NCBI GenBank assembly: GCA_024206335.1
Contig: JAAGZL010000342.1
Location: forward strand, 747 to 64,746
Reading direction: 5' to 3'
Length of the DNA stretch: 64,000 nt
Source of the DNA: Gammaproteobacteria bacterium
Lineage (GTDB): Bacteria; Pseudomonadota; Gammaproteobacteria; Chromatiales; Chromatiaceae
The notes beneath the pieces were generated by a model. It was not told the DNA's origin. It ran no database searches and saw nothing but the letters and a program-made list of their open reading frames with translations. The position numbers and the translations under genes were made by a program. Positions 56,235 through 64,000 of this stretch are shown here, one piece after another; the first letter of the stretch is position 1; each line of letters begins with the position of its first letter.

Positions 56235-58565
56235 CTAGATATCAATGGAAGACCGGCAATTTCTGCCCTGCTGGCTAATATAACCCTCTTCCAGTACACC
56301 AAATGACTCAGCAGCAATGGGGATCAAAGCCTGAGCATCTGCAATGGCCTGCTTCTCATCTCCATCCTGGCAAAGTCGCTCAACCCGGCGCGCCAGGTAA
56401 TGGAGCCGCATATTGCCATGAGCCGCTGCACTGCTTCCAATAGAATGGGCCTCAAACTCAATTGTTTTCAGGTCATGTTCACGAAGTGCTATTTGAATAA
56501 TCTCAACCCGCTTCCTGGCATCACTGATATAGAGTTCAACCAGTTCCGGAACGATTTCTGGTGCAGTATCTCTTGCCAACTGCTGCAATACCGACTCATC
56601 TAACAACTCACCTTCATCAATAGCCACCATTGGTTTGTCAGGCACCTCATCCTGCTGCAGTTTGTCTCCAGACCCAGTCCAATAGGCGATGCACTGCAGA
56701 ACTTTAGTTCGATCAATCGGTTTTGTCAGAAAATCATTCATACCTGCGGCCATGAATCTCTCCTTGTCCCCAGACAATGCATGAGCAGTGATGGCAACTA
56801 TCGGGATTGTGTTTTCCGGCCCAGACAGTTGACGGATAATCCCTGTGGCTTCCATACCATCCATCCGCGGCATTGAGATATCCATCAGTACTATATCGTA
56901 GGGGATGGTGCGTACCGCCTCTACCGCCTCTTCTCCGTTGGCGACAATATCCACCTGCAGACCTGCATATTCCAGCATCATCTTGACCACCATCTGGTTG
57001 GCCGGATTGTCTTCTGCCAGCAGGATACGCGTATTGGCCGCAGGTAGTTGTCCGGATCCTTCATTTTCAGGCTCGGCTTCACATTCACTTTTATCAGCCA
57101 ACCCCATTGGGATATCAAAATAGAATGTGCTGCCAATCCCCAGTTCACTGGAAAATTCTATGTTTCCATGCATAAGACTGACCAGGTGTTTGCAGATAGC
57201 CAGGCCCAAACCGGTACCTTCATGGGTCCTGGAATGAGAGGGATCTGCCATGGTGAACTTGTCAAACAGAGAACCGTGATACTCCTTGCTGATTCCGACA
57301 CCGGTATCTTCTACCGCACAACAAAGCTTAATGATGTCGCCCTTACCAGAGGTTGCCGATGCCTTAATGGTTACGCCACCTGTTGGGGTGAATTTGATAG
57401 CATTATTGATCAGGTTGAGTAAAATTTGGCGCAGACGATCAGGATCACCTTTCACATAGACAGGGAGGTCCTCGACCAGCATTAAATTCAGTGAAAGACT
57501 CTTTTTGCTGGCTTGATGCTGTAGCAGATCTATAGTGTGTGATAATAGCTTATGCAGATTAAAGCTGGTTTGCTCCAGTTTCATCCTGTCAGCTTCCATC
57601 TTAGAGAAGTCCAGGATGTCGTTGATGATGGTAAGCAGCAGCTCCCCAGATACACGACCCGTATGGACAAAGTGGTGTTGCTCAGCATTCAGCGGAGTCT
57701 CTTTAAGCAATCCCAAAATACCCAGCACTGCATTCAGTGGAGTTCGAATCTCGTGGCTCATCGTTGCCAAAAATCCTGATTTGGCACGGCTGGCGCTTAG
57801 TGCCGCATCACGGGCTGCTTCCAACTCCTCCCGTGTCTGCAACAACTCCATTTCACGCTCATCCCGCTGCTGCAGTGCTGTGGTGAGATTGTTTGCCGAT
57901 TCTGCCAGACGCATTAACTCACTACTTGCAGAGAGATGGATAGGTGCTGGACGACTCCCATCTGCCAAGGTTATTAGATGGTTGTTTATTTGGCGCACCG
58001 GGCGCACTGCCAACCAGTGCATAAGGAAAATTATCAAGCCCGTCAAAACAATGAGCATTGATGACATGAAGAGGCGCATCTCACCGACATGGTGATCAAT
58101 CTCCTCATAAATTGGCTCGATATCCCACTTGATATTGATGTCACCAAAAATCTCTGCCTCATACTCTATCGGGTATGTGTACTGACGTATATTGCCTTGC
58201 GCTGGAACATCTTTGCGGAGCCATTTTGCCAACACTTCACCTGATTCATTTGTTACAGACAGCCCCACCATATCTGGCGCTTTCTTTATGGTTTGGGAGA
58301 TTATAGTTTCCAACAAAGGGCGGTCTTCTGTTATGACTGCATCAATAGCTGTAGCCGCCAACAGAGCAAATGAGTTCCGGCTCTGCATCTCCATCTGCTC
58401 AAAGAGATAATCACTTTCCATATAGCGGATCATGGAGGCGGTAAGGAAATTGACAACCATTAGAGCACCAAAAAGGGCAAGCGCTATCTGTGACCACAAT
58501 GGTAAATGCTTACGCTGTTGTGTTGCGCGCTTATGAGGCCTGATTTTTCGACACTCAGCTTCCAT
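56235..58565 (-). CDS. Hybrid sensor histidine kinase, paralog of 51728-54376
   Basis: Same HisKA-HATPase-REC-Hpt transmitter, near-identical over about 510 aa, but a different N-terminal sensor. The ATG at 58565 overlaps the stop of the upstream binding-protein gene (ATGGAAGCTGA). Confidence 0.9.
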   Translation of the reverse strand: MEAECRKIRPHKRATQQRKHLPLWSQIALALFGALMVVNFLTASMIRYMESDYLFEQMEMQSRNSFALLAATAIDAVITEDRPLLETIISQTIKKAPDMVGLSVTNESGEVLAKWLRKDVPAQGNIRQYTYPIEYEAEIFGDINIKWDIEPIYEEIDHHVGEMRLFMSSMLIVLTGLIIFLMHWLAVRPVRQINNHLITLADGSRPAPIHLSASSELMRLAESANNLTTALQQRDEREMELLQTREELEAARDAALSASRAKSGFLATMSHEIRTPLNAVLGILGLLKETPLNAEQHHFVHTGRVSGELLLTIINDILDFSKMEADRMKLEQTSFNLHKLLSHTIDLLQHQASKKSLSLNLMLVEDLPVYVKGDPDRLRQILLNLINNAIKFTPTGGVTIKASATSGKGDIIKLCCAVEDTGVGISKEYHGSLFDKFTMADPSHSRTHEGTGLGLAICKHLVSLMHGNIEFSSELGIGSTFYFDIPMGLADKSECEAEPENEGSGQLPAANTRILLAEDNPANQMVVKMMLEYAGLQVDIVANGEEAVEAVRTIPYDIVLMDISMPRMDGMEATGIIRQLSGPENTIPIVAITAHALSGDKERFMAAGMNDFLTKPIDRTKVLQCIAYWTGSGDKLQQDEVPDKPMVAIDEGELLDESVLQQLARDTAPEIVPELVELYISDARKRVEIIQIALREHDLKTIEFEAHSIGSSAAAHGNMRLHYLARRVERLCQDGDEKQAIADAQALIPIAAESFGVLEEGYISQQGRNCRSSIDI
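56301..57830. repeat. Copy 2 of the duplicated kinase transmitter segment
   Basis: See copy 1. The encoded proteins are roughly 90 percent identical by eye from the H-box to the Hpt domain, while the sensor halves and the extreme C-termini differ. Confidence 0.85.
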
Positions 58566-59412
58566 CTCTTTCTCTAAAAAACTTATGGTTATTCTGCATC
58601 GACTCACGAATGGTAGCGTAATCACTATCCTTTGCTGGTAAGAATCCAGCCTTTTTTAGTGCTTTCAGTGCCGTTGGATCTTTAAGCTCCAAAAGTGCTT
58701 CACTGAGGGCGTCTGTAATTATTTCAGTTACTTTACTGCTTGCAATCCATGGTTTGGTAACATTGGGAAAACGGGCAAGTTCACGGATCTTTATCCCTTT
58801 CTTTTTCAGTTTATTGAAAGTACTCTCTTTCAAAGCCCCGGCATCATATTGACGTGCACCAACCGCAGCTCCTACCTTGTCATGCCTATCAAGATAATCG
58901 TATCTTGCAAGATTATCTGCATACACACCATGCCTGGCAAGGTATTGCTGTGAAAGGTAACGCCCAATAGTTGATTTTTCATCTCCAAAGGCAAAGGCCA
59001 GACCTTTTAATTGTCTGATCTCATGAACATGGCTATTTTCAGGAACACAGATAATTCCAAAAAACACCCTCTTCCCTTTCTTACTTTCCATGGCCAGCAA
59101 TTTCACATCTGGATTGCGCTCTGAAGCAGTTACATATGATGCCGGGCCGATTCGCGCAAAGTCCACCCGTCCTGCAACAATGTCATCAATACCTCTGTCA
59201 TAACTACTTGCTACCTGCATCGATAGTTTGGTTGGTTCTCCTAGTTTCTTCGTTAACTTTGCTTCAAGTGCATTCAATATAGGCCTGAACGCTTTCACCA
59301 TGGCCGTCGGCTTATCTGATGTATAGACCCCAAACTTCAGTGCTATTTCTGCCTGAACAGCGGTTACATTCAGACTGAACAAACAGAGCACTGTAATGAG
59401 TACTATTTTCAT
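58555..59412 (-). CDS. Periplasmic PhnD-like (phosphonate/phosphite-type) solute-binding protein, paired with the downstream kinase
   Basis: Signal peptide, then LKFGVYTSDKPTAMVKAFRPILNALE... and ...GRVDFARIGPASY..., typical of the PhnD/SBP_bac_3-like fold. Confidence 0.7.
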   Translation of the reverse strand: MKIVLITVLCLFSLNVTAVQAEIALKFGVYTSDKPTAMVKAFRPILNALEAKLTKKLGEPTKLSMQVASSYDRGIDDIVAGRVDFARIGPASYVTASERNPDVKLLAMESKKGKRVFFGIICVPENSHVHEIRQLKGLAFAFGDEKSTIGRYLSQQYLARHGVYADNLARYDYLDRHDKVGAAVGARQYDAGALKESTFNKLKKKGIKIRELARFPNVTKPWIASSKVTEIITDALSEALLELKDPTALKALKKAGFLPAKDSDYATIRESMQNNHKFFRERDGS

Positions 59413-59448
59413 GTTAACACTCTCCTGGCAAGTCTATTTGCCGCTGAC

Positions 59449-59838
59449 CTATGAACCACTCAACAACATTCTAACCTTCCCACCCAGTTTCTCCAGGGTG
59501 AACGGCTTTGTCAGATAGTCGTTAACGCCAAGCTCAAACGCCTCCTCTATCTCACCCACCTTGTTACATCCGGTCAGCATAAGCACTGGAATACCAGCAG
59601 TATTTGCATATTTCTTCAGCCTTTTAAGAATCTCAGGACCAAGAATATCCGGTAGCATCCAGTCAAGAATAATTAGATCCGGGTTTCCATCCACCGCCAG
59701 ATCAACACCATCTTCACCAACCAATGCCTGCTCTACAGTTACTTTTTCATGCAGCTCCAGACGAAAGCGCAGTTGACGTTGCAGACTATTGTCATCATCA
59801 ATAACCAGTACCTTCTTTTTGTGTGCTGCGAAAAACAT
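59449..59838 (-). CDS. Single-domain CheY-like response regulator
   Basis: KKVLVIDDD...LIILDWMLPD...MLTG...YLTKPF receiver motifs. Confidence 0.8.
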   Translation of the reverse strand: MFFAAHKKKVLVIDDDNSLQRQLRFRLELHEKVTVEQALVGEDGVDLAVDGNPDLIILDWMLPDILGPEILKRLKKYANTAGIPVLMLTGCNKVGEIEEAFELGVNDYLTKPFTLEKLGGKVRMLLSGS

Positions 59839-60220
59839 AACTGCCTCCACTATTTAATCGATATCTGAGAGCCACATTCAAAACCGTTGGAACTGGACTA
59901 TTAATGCCTGAATATGATGCCAACCCTGGTAGATACACATGGAGTTGCAATTTCTTTGCCAGTATTCCAGACAGATGGATACGCAGCACAATTTCGTACT
60001 GATTACAGCTAATTTATTGTGGAAGAAGCTATCAGGCTGGTTCTACACAATCCACATACTGAACTGGTTTAGCCAGGATATCTAATTGATAATGCTACAT
60101 AATTATTCGTACTGGCTTTCGCCATCATAACCGCAAATGAATACCATTCCTGATTCATTGCTAACATCCACTGGCAATTATTCCCAGCTTGTTTCAAATT
60201 CAGCACCACCTATTAATTCC

Positions 60221-60652
60221 TCAAGTAGTCTGGATTCTTTTTTTGCTTCGCATTTTGCGAAGATGTCTTTTCATGATCAAAATATTGCCTGCACTATCTG
60301 AGTGGTAATCAACACTATCCATCCAGCTCTGGATAATGAACCAACCCCGACCTGTCTCAGACTCAGAAGCGGGAAGGCCTACAGTTTGCTCCTTATGCAT
60401 GGCTCGCCCGGAATCACAGATTTTTAGCTGAAGAAAGTCATCAGCCAACTTGTATGAAATGGAGATATCATGTCCTCCCTCACCCCCGTAAGCATGTAGA
60501 ATGGCATTATTGATACCTTCTACCATACACGTCTCAACCTGATACCGCGCAGTTTCACTCAGATCTGGCAGTGCAAACAATCGGGTCAGCCACGTACATG
60601 CAGCGGAAACACACACCAGCCGGCTATCGATTACAATGTTTTGATCAATCAT
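60221..60652 (-). CDS. RsbW/SpoIIAB-like anti-sigma-type serine kinase (HATPase_c_2)
   Basis: 143 aa. N-box-like EGINNAILHAYG, G-box DSGRAM, and ...GRGWFIIQSWMD. Its start overlaps the nucleotidyltransferase stop by 8 nt. Confidence 0.7.
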   Translation of the reverse strand: MIDQNIVIDSRLVCVSAACTWLTRLFALPDLSETARYQVETCMVEGINNAILHAYGGEGGHDISISYKLADDFLQLKICDSGRAMHKEQTVGLPASESETGRGWFIIQSWMDSVDYHSDSAGNILIMKRHLRKMRSKKRIQTT

Positions 60653-61844
60653 GCAGACAATGTAACTGTATAGTACTCATTGTTTTATTTCGTGACTCCA
60701 AGGCCAAATCATGAAGCATCTGATGCGATTCTGATAGAGATATTTCCGTACGCGCATCCTCAACAATCCATCCAATATCGGTCTCATCACAATCGACAAA
60801 ACTACCATTCGGTTGAATAATCCTGCCGCCATACACCATGCAGTGCAGCAGTCGCGCGACCCTACTTACCCTCGTATAGTCATCAACCAAACACTCTTCG
60901 ATTGCTGCACCTGGCTCTATAACACAGTTAGTCCCAATCACTGTTGGCCCGATTATCCGAGAGCCATTTCCAATCCGTGTGCTGCTTCCAATGTATACCG
61001 GCCCTTCTATCTCCACCTTATTCAGATCAATATCGACATTAATACCCAACCTTACCCCTGGTCGCACCTCTTTACCAGGAAGACGATACCCTTCTACATT
61101 CCCTAGCAATACGGCTCGATTAACATCCCAAAAGTCAGGTACCGAGCCTATATCCAACCAGTTAAATGGTAGCGACATCCCATAAAACTGTTCACCCGCC
61201 TCCACCAGCGCCGGAAACAACTGACTTCCAATGTCATACTCAACACCAGATGGAATATTGTTAAATATCTCTGGTTCAAATATGTATATACCTGTATTTA
61301 TCTCCGTGGATACAGCCTCACTTGGATGCGGTTTCTCTTGGAAACTCTCTATCCTGCCACTACTGTCGGTCTGAACAACACCATATTTATCGACCTGATT
61401 CAGAGAAACATCTTTCAATGCGATTGTAGCAATCGCGTTATGTTCACGATGAAACGCAAGCAGCTTTGAGATATCAAGATCAATTAGCGCATCACCACAT
61501 AACACAATAAAAGTGTCATCAAAGAACCCAGAGAAATCCTGGATCTTCCTCATGCCACCGGCCGAACCCAAAGCCATGCCCTGTATTTCTCCATCACAAA
61601 TAGTGCCTTCAAATGAGTATCCGATATTGACACCGAACTGGTTTCCATCTCTAAAATAGCTCTCAATTTCCGGAGCAAGATGGCTAGTGTTAATTGCCAA
61701 CTCATCTACCCCATGTCCTTTGAGATGCTCAATAATGGATTCTAAAATCGGCTTTCTAACCAGAGGAATCATTGGTTTTGGAATATCATGGGTTATCGGT
61801 TGAACACGCGTGCCTTTACCGGCGGCAAGAATCATTGCTTTCAT
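60645..61844 (-). CDS. Sugar-1-phosphate nucleotidyltransferase with C-terminal left-handed beta-helix
   Basis: MKAMILAAGKGTRVQPITHDIPKPMIPL (the GxGTR pyrophosphorylase motif), plus hexapeptide-repeat-like C-terminal third. Confidence 0.8.
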   Translation of the reverse strand: MKAMILAAGKGTRVQPITHDIPKPMIPLVRKPILESIIEHLKGHGVDELAINTSHLAPEIESYFRDGNQFGVNIGYSFEGTICDGEIQGMALGSAGGMRKIQDFSGFFDDTFIVLCGDALIDLDISKLLAFHREHNAIATIALKDVSLNQVDKYGVVQTDSSGRIESFQEKPHPSEAVSTEINTGIYIFEPEIFNNIPSGVEYDIGSQLFPALVEAGEQFYGMSLPFNWLDIGSVPDFWDVNRAVLLGNVEGYRLPGKEVRPGVRLGINVDIDLNKVEIEGPVYIGSSTRIGNGSRIIGPTVIGTNCVIEPGAAIEECLVDDYTRVSRVARLLHCMVYGGRIIQPNGSFVDCDETDIGWIVEDARTEISLSESHQMLHDLALESRNKTMSTIQLHCLHD

Positions 61845-61928
61845 GGACTGCACTCCTTATTGTTTATGCCAAGTTTTATGACCGAATAAGACAAGTCATG
61901 TTGTATATAGATGTTCAAACCCTGATGC

Positions 61929-63158
61929 CTAGTACCTTCCTGTTTCTGGATCACCGTATTCAATTGCCAGCAGTGACATATCATCCGCTGGGGTTATGTC
62001 TCTAGACCACATTTTCAGCCGTATCTTCAGTCGCTCCAAAAGTTTTAAAACCGGCAACACCCTCAGGTCACTTAGAATTCTTCTGACACGCCATTTTCGA
62101 TAGATTGAGTTATCCTCATTCAAGTAGTCGCTGATACCATCCGAATAGAGAAACAGGCGATCTCCGGCACGCAGTCTGAATTGGATATTCTCGTATTCAG
62201 CATCTGGTATAAGGCCAACAGGGAAGCCGCTATGTCCCAGTGATCTGATCATCCCTGCACTGGTAACATGAATTGGATTAGGATGGCCGGCCTGACACAA
62301 CTCACCATGCCCTGTAGTCATATTGATTACGCCATAGATCATGGTGAAATAGAGCATGTTTCCACTGCCATCCTGGAACCGCTCATTCAGCACCTTCATC
62401 ACCTCTGCCGGACTGGCAATCACCTCTTTTCCTGGGTTATCCATATCCTCACGTTTCATTGGATTCCCAGCTCTGGTAGAAGCAGAAAGTGTCTTATTGA
62501 GCATGAATGACAGCATGGCTGAGGAGACGCTGTGTCCAGACACATCAGCAAGATAGAATCCAAGATGAGAATCATCCAGCCTGTGGTAATTGTAAATATC
62601 ACCAGCCACTATGGCGGCAGGACGAAAGAGTGAATGCAGTTGCAAATTCCGAATCTTAGAGTAACCAGGCAATAGACTTTGCTGCATAGATGCTGCCGCC
62701 TCCAGATCCTGGCGCATTTCTGTTTGTGCCTTCTGCAACTGAGTATTGGTACTATCAAGGTTCTGGTTACGCTCTTGCAATTGCTGCTGAAGCGTCAATA
62801 CCCTACTCGCAGCGTCAACACGAACCTGTAATTCATTAGCATTGAATGGTTTGGTTATAAAATCATCCGCGCCTGCCCCCATACCCTCCAACAAATCTGC
62901 ATAGGATGTTTTTCCGGTAACCATGATGACATAGACATAACGCTTCATCTGTTCTGAACGGATAAGCTTACATAGATCCAGGCCACTCACCTCAGGCATC
63001 ATCCAGTCACTGATTACAAGCTGGATATCACTATCAATCAGCATATCCCAGGCCTCAGCACCATTTTCTGCTTCTGAGACCTTATGCCCATAACCTGATA
63101 ATAGTGAACACAGATAGAGCCTGGTTGCAGGGACATCTTCCACAATAAGGATATGCAT
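61929..63158 (-). CDS. Response regulator fused to PP2C/SpoIIE phosphatase (RsbU/HsbR-like)
   Basis: REC (ILIVEDVPATR...VISDWMMPEVSG...TKPF), a coiled-coil linker, and a PP2C domain (GDIYNY...YLADVSGHS...LFLYSDG...DDMSLLAI). Confidence 0.85.
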   Translation of the reverse strand: MHILIVEDVPATRLYLCSLLSGYGHKVSEAENGAEAWDMLIDSDIQLVISDWMMPEVSGLDLCKLIRSEQMKRYVYVIMVTGKTSYADLLEGMGAGADDFITKPFNANELQVRVDAASRVLTLQQQLQERNQNLDSTNTQLQKAQTEMRQDLEAAASMQQSLLPGYSKIRNLQLHSLFRPAAIVAGDIYNYHRLDDSHLGFYLADVSGHSVSSAMLSFMLNKTLSASTRAGNPMKREDMDNPGKEVIASPAEVMKVLNERFQDGSGNMLYFTMIYGVINMTTGHGELCQAGHPNPIHVTSAGMIRSLGHSGFPVGLIPDAEYENIQFRLRAGDRLFLYSDGISDYLNEDNSIYRKWRVRRILSDLRVLPVLKLLERLKIRLKMWSRDITPADDMSLLAIEYGDPETGRY

Positions 63159-63161
63159 AAT

Positions 63162-64000
63162 TCAACTCCCCGATATAGAAAGCAGTTGATTCATCGAGTA
63201 TTCGAATTTATAGATATCACTACCCACGCGCTCTTGCGTTAGGCACTCAAAGACCTGTTGTATTCCTGCTGCAAGGCTGGTGGTAGCCCGAACCTGCAAG
63301 TAACGTGCAGCATTTTCAGGGTCTCCGATAGATGTCCTGATATTTCCTTTCTGGGCTTGATCTACTTTAATCCCGGTATATTTTCCACAGACGCTGAAGA
63401 TAGTATTTGCCAATTCCAAGGTTGATACCTGTTTACCACTGCATACGTTAAATACAGCAGACTGATTTGATGCGCAATGCATCGCAGCAATAAAAAAGCT
63501 GCAGACATCAGAAACATAAACCAAATCCAGCATCTCCCCACTACCTCCATTTATCACAACTGGAAGCCCTCTCAGCACCCGACGTACGATTCCGGTCACA
63601 ACATCTTCTATATCATATCTGCTACCCCTATACGGGCCATAGACACCAAAAAGACGCAAACCAACAATTGGGGTTTTGTGGATCAATGATGCAATGCGCG
63701 CATGTAACTCAGTTCTTGTTTTATCCGCAGCCTCCGCTGTCAATGGACGGGTAAGTGCGTCTTCCTTAAGCGCGACACTGGCGTTATCACCATATACGGT
63801 CGATGATGACGCATAAACTATTGGCACCTTGTTTATTGATGAGACTGCATGCGCCGCATTGAGAAGATTAATCATCCCTACCTGATTTTCCTGGTTCAAT
63901 TCACCAGCTTGGTATTCGCCAGTTTCACTCCTGTCTGCTGCAAGATGAAAGCATCCATCCACACCATGAAACAGTTCTTTTACCAAGCTTTGATCCTTAA
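63162..64000 (-). CDS. NAD-dependent sugar epimerase/dehydratase (N-terminus beyond the window edge)
   Basis: The frame stays open to nt 64000. SDR extended-family motifs ...GVDGCFHLAA... and ...VYASSSTVYG... The track's TTG start at 63986 is an artefact of the window edge. Confidence 0.8.
   Translation of the reverse strand, partial: KDQSLVKELFHGVDGCFHLAADRSETGEYQAGELNQENQVGMINLLNAAHAVSSINKVPIVYASSSTVYGDNASVALKEDALTRPLTAEAADKTRTELHARIASLIHKTPIVGLRLFGVYGPYRGSRYDIEDVVTGIVRRVLRGLPVVINGGSGEMLDLVYVSDVCSFFIAAMHCASNQSAVFNVCSGKQVSTLELANTIFSVCGKYTGIKVDQAQKGNIRTSIGDPENAARYLQVRATTSLAAGIQQVFECLTQERVGSDIYKFEYSMNQLLSISGS

Overview
The gene content of this 64-kb chromosomal segment suggests a sulfur-oxidising Gammaproteobacterium; that taxonomic call is an inference, not a database match.

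Centre of the window:
- A complete oxidative-type dsr cluster lies on the minus strand at 21.2-32.0 kb, in the order dsrA-B-E-F-H-C-M-K-J-O-P-N-R.
- It has no dsrL, and it carries several strong intercistronic hairpins.
- Other sulfur genes are an orphan soxYZ pair at 36.9-37.7 kb and a single-domain rhodanese at 43.9 kb.

Left flank:
- a DUF438/hemerythrin-PAS protein
- a NarL-type regulator, followed by one Opp/Dpp-type permease and a fused double ABC ATPase
- cca and an ATM1/HMT1-type ABC exporter
- a stand-alone S24 domain protein and an RND adaptor plus pump
- an orphan ParA ATPase translationally coupled to a CYTH-CHAD protein
- a decayed pyroglutamyl-peptidase-like remnant, pepN, and grxC-hslR

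Right flank:
- an M48/TPR protease, an OmpA-like lipoprotein, and a VWA protein with a small membrane partner
- an LpxL-family acyltransferase
- a hemerythrin-NIT-HAMP-PAS-GGDEF-EAL sensor whose first helix is cut off by an in-frame TAG
- tgt, queA and tRNA-Leu(CAA)
- a 12.5-kb same-strand signalling array: two binding-protein + hybrid-kinase modules sharing a gap-free 1.53-kb duplicated transmitter, a CheY-like REC, an RsbW-like kinase, an NDP-sugar pyrophosphorylase, a REC-PP2C phosphatase and an epimerase

Most interesting call: a five-gene plus-strand module at 32.55-35.25 kb, divergent from dsrA.
- It encodes an orphan Cas6-like RAMP protein with an exact GhGxxxxxGhG loop. No CRISPR array or other cas gene is present in the window.
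- It also encodes a DsrC-fold paralog that lacks both redox cysteines, plus three unassignable proteins.
- Two stem-loops bracket the DsrC-like cistron, and the second one sequesters the next gene's start codon.

Other leads:
- the ParA/CHAD pair, as a candidate polyphosphate-granule positioning system
- a 285-bp MITE-like element closed by 23-bp perfect inverted repeats
- a partner-switch-like module built around a sugar nucleotidyltransferase with no STAS protein

All family assignments rest on motifs read by eye. No searches were run.
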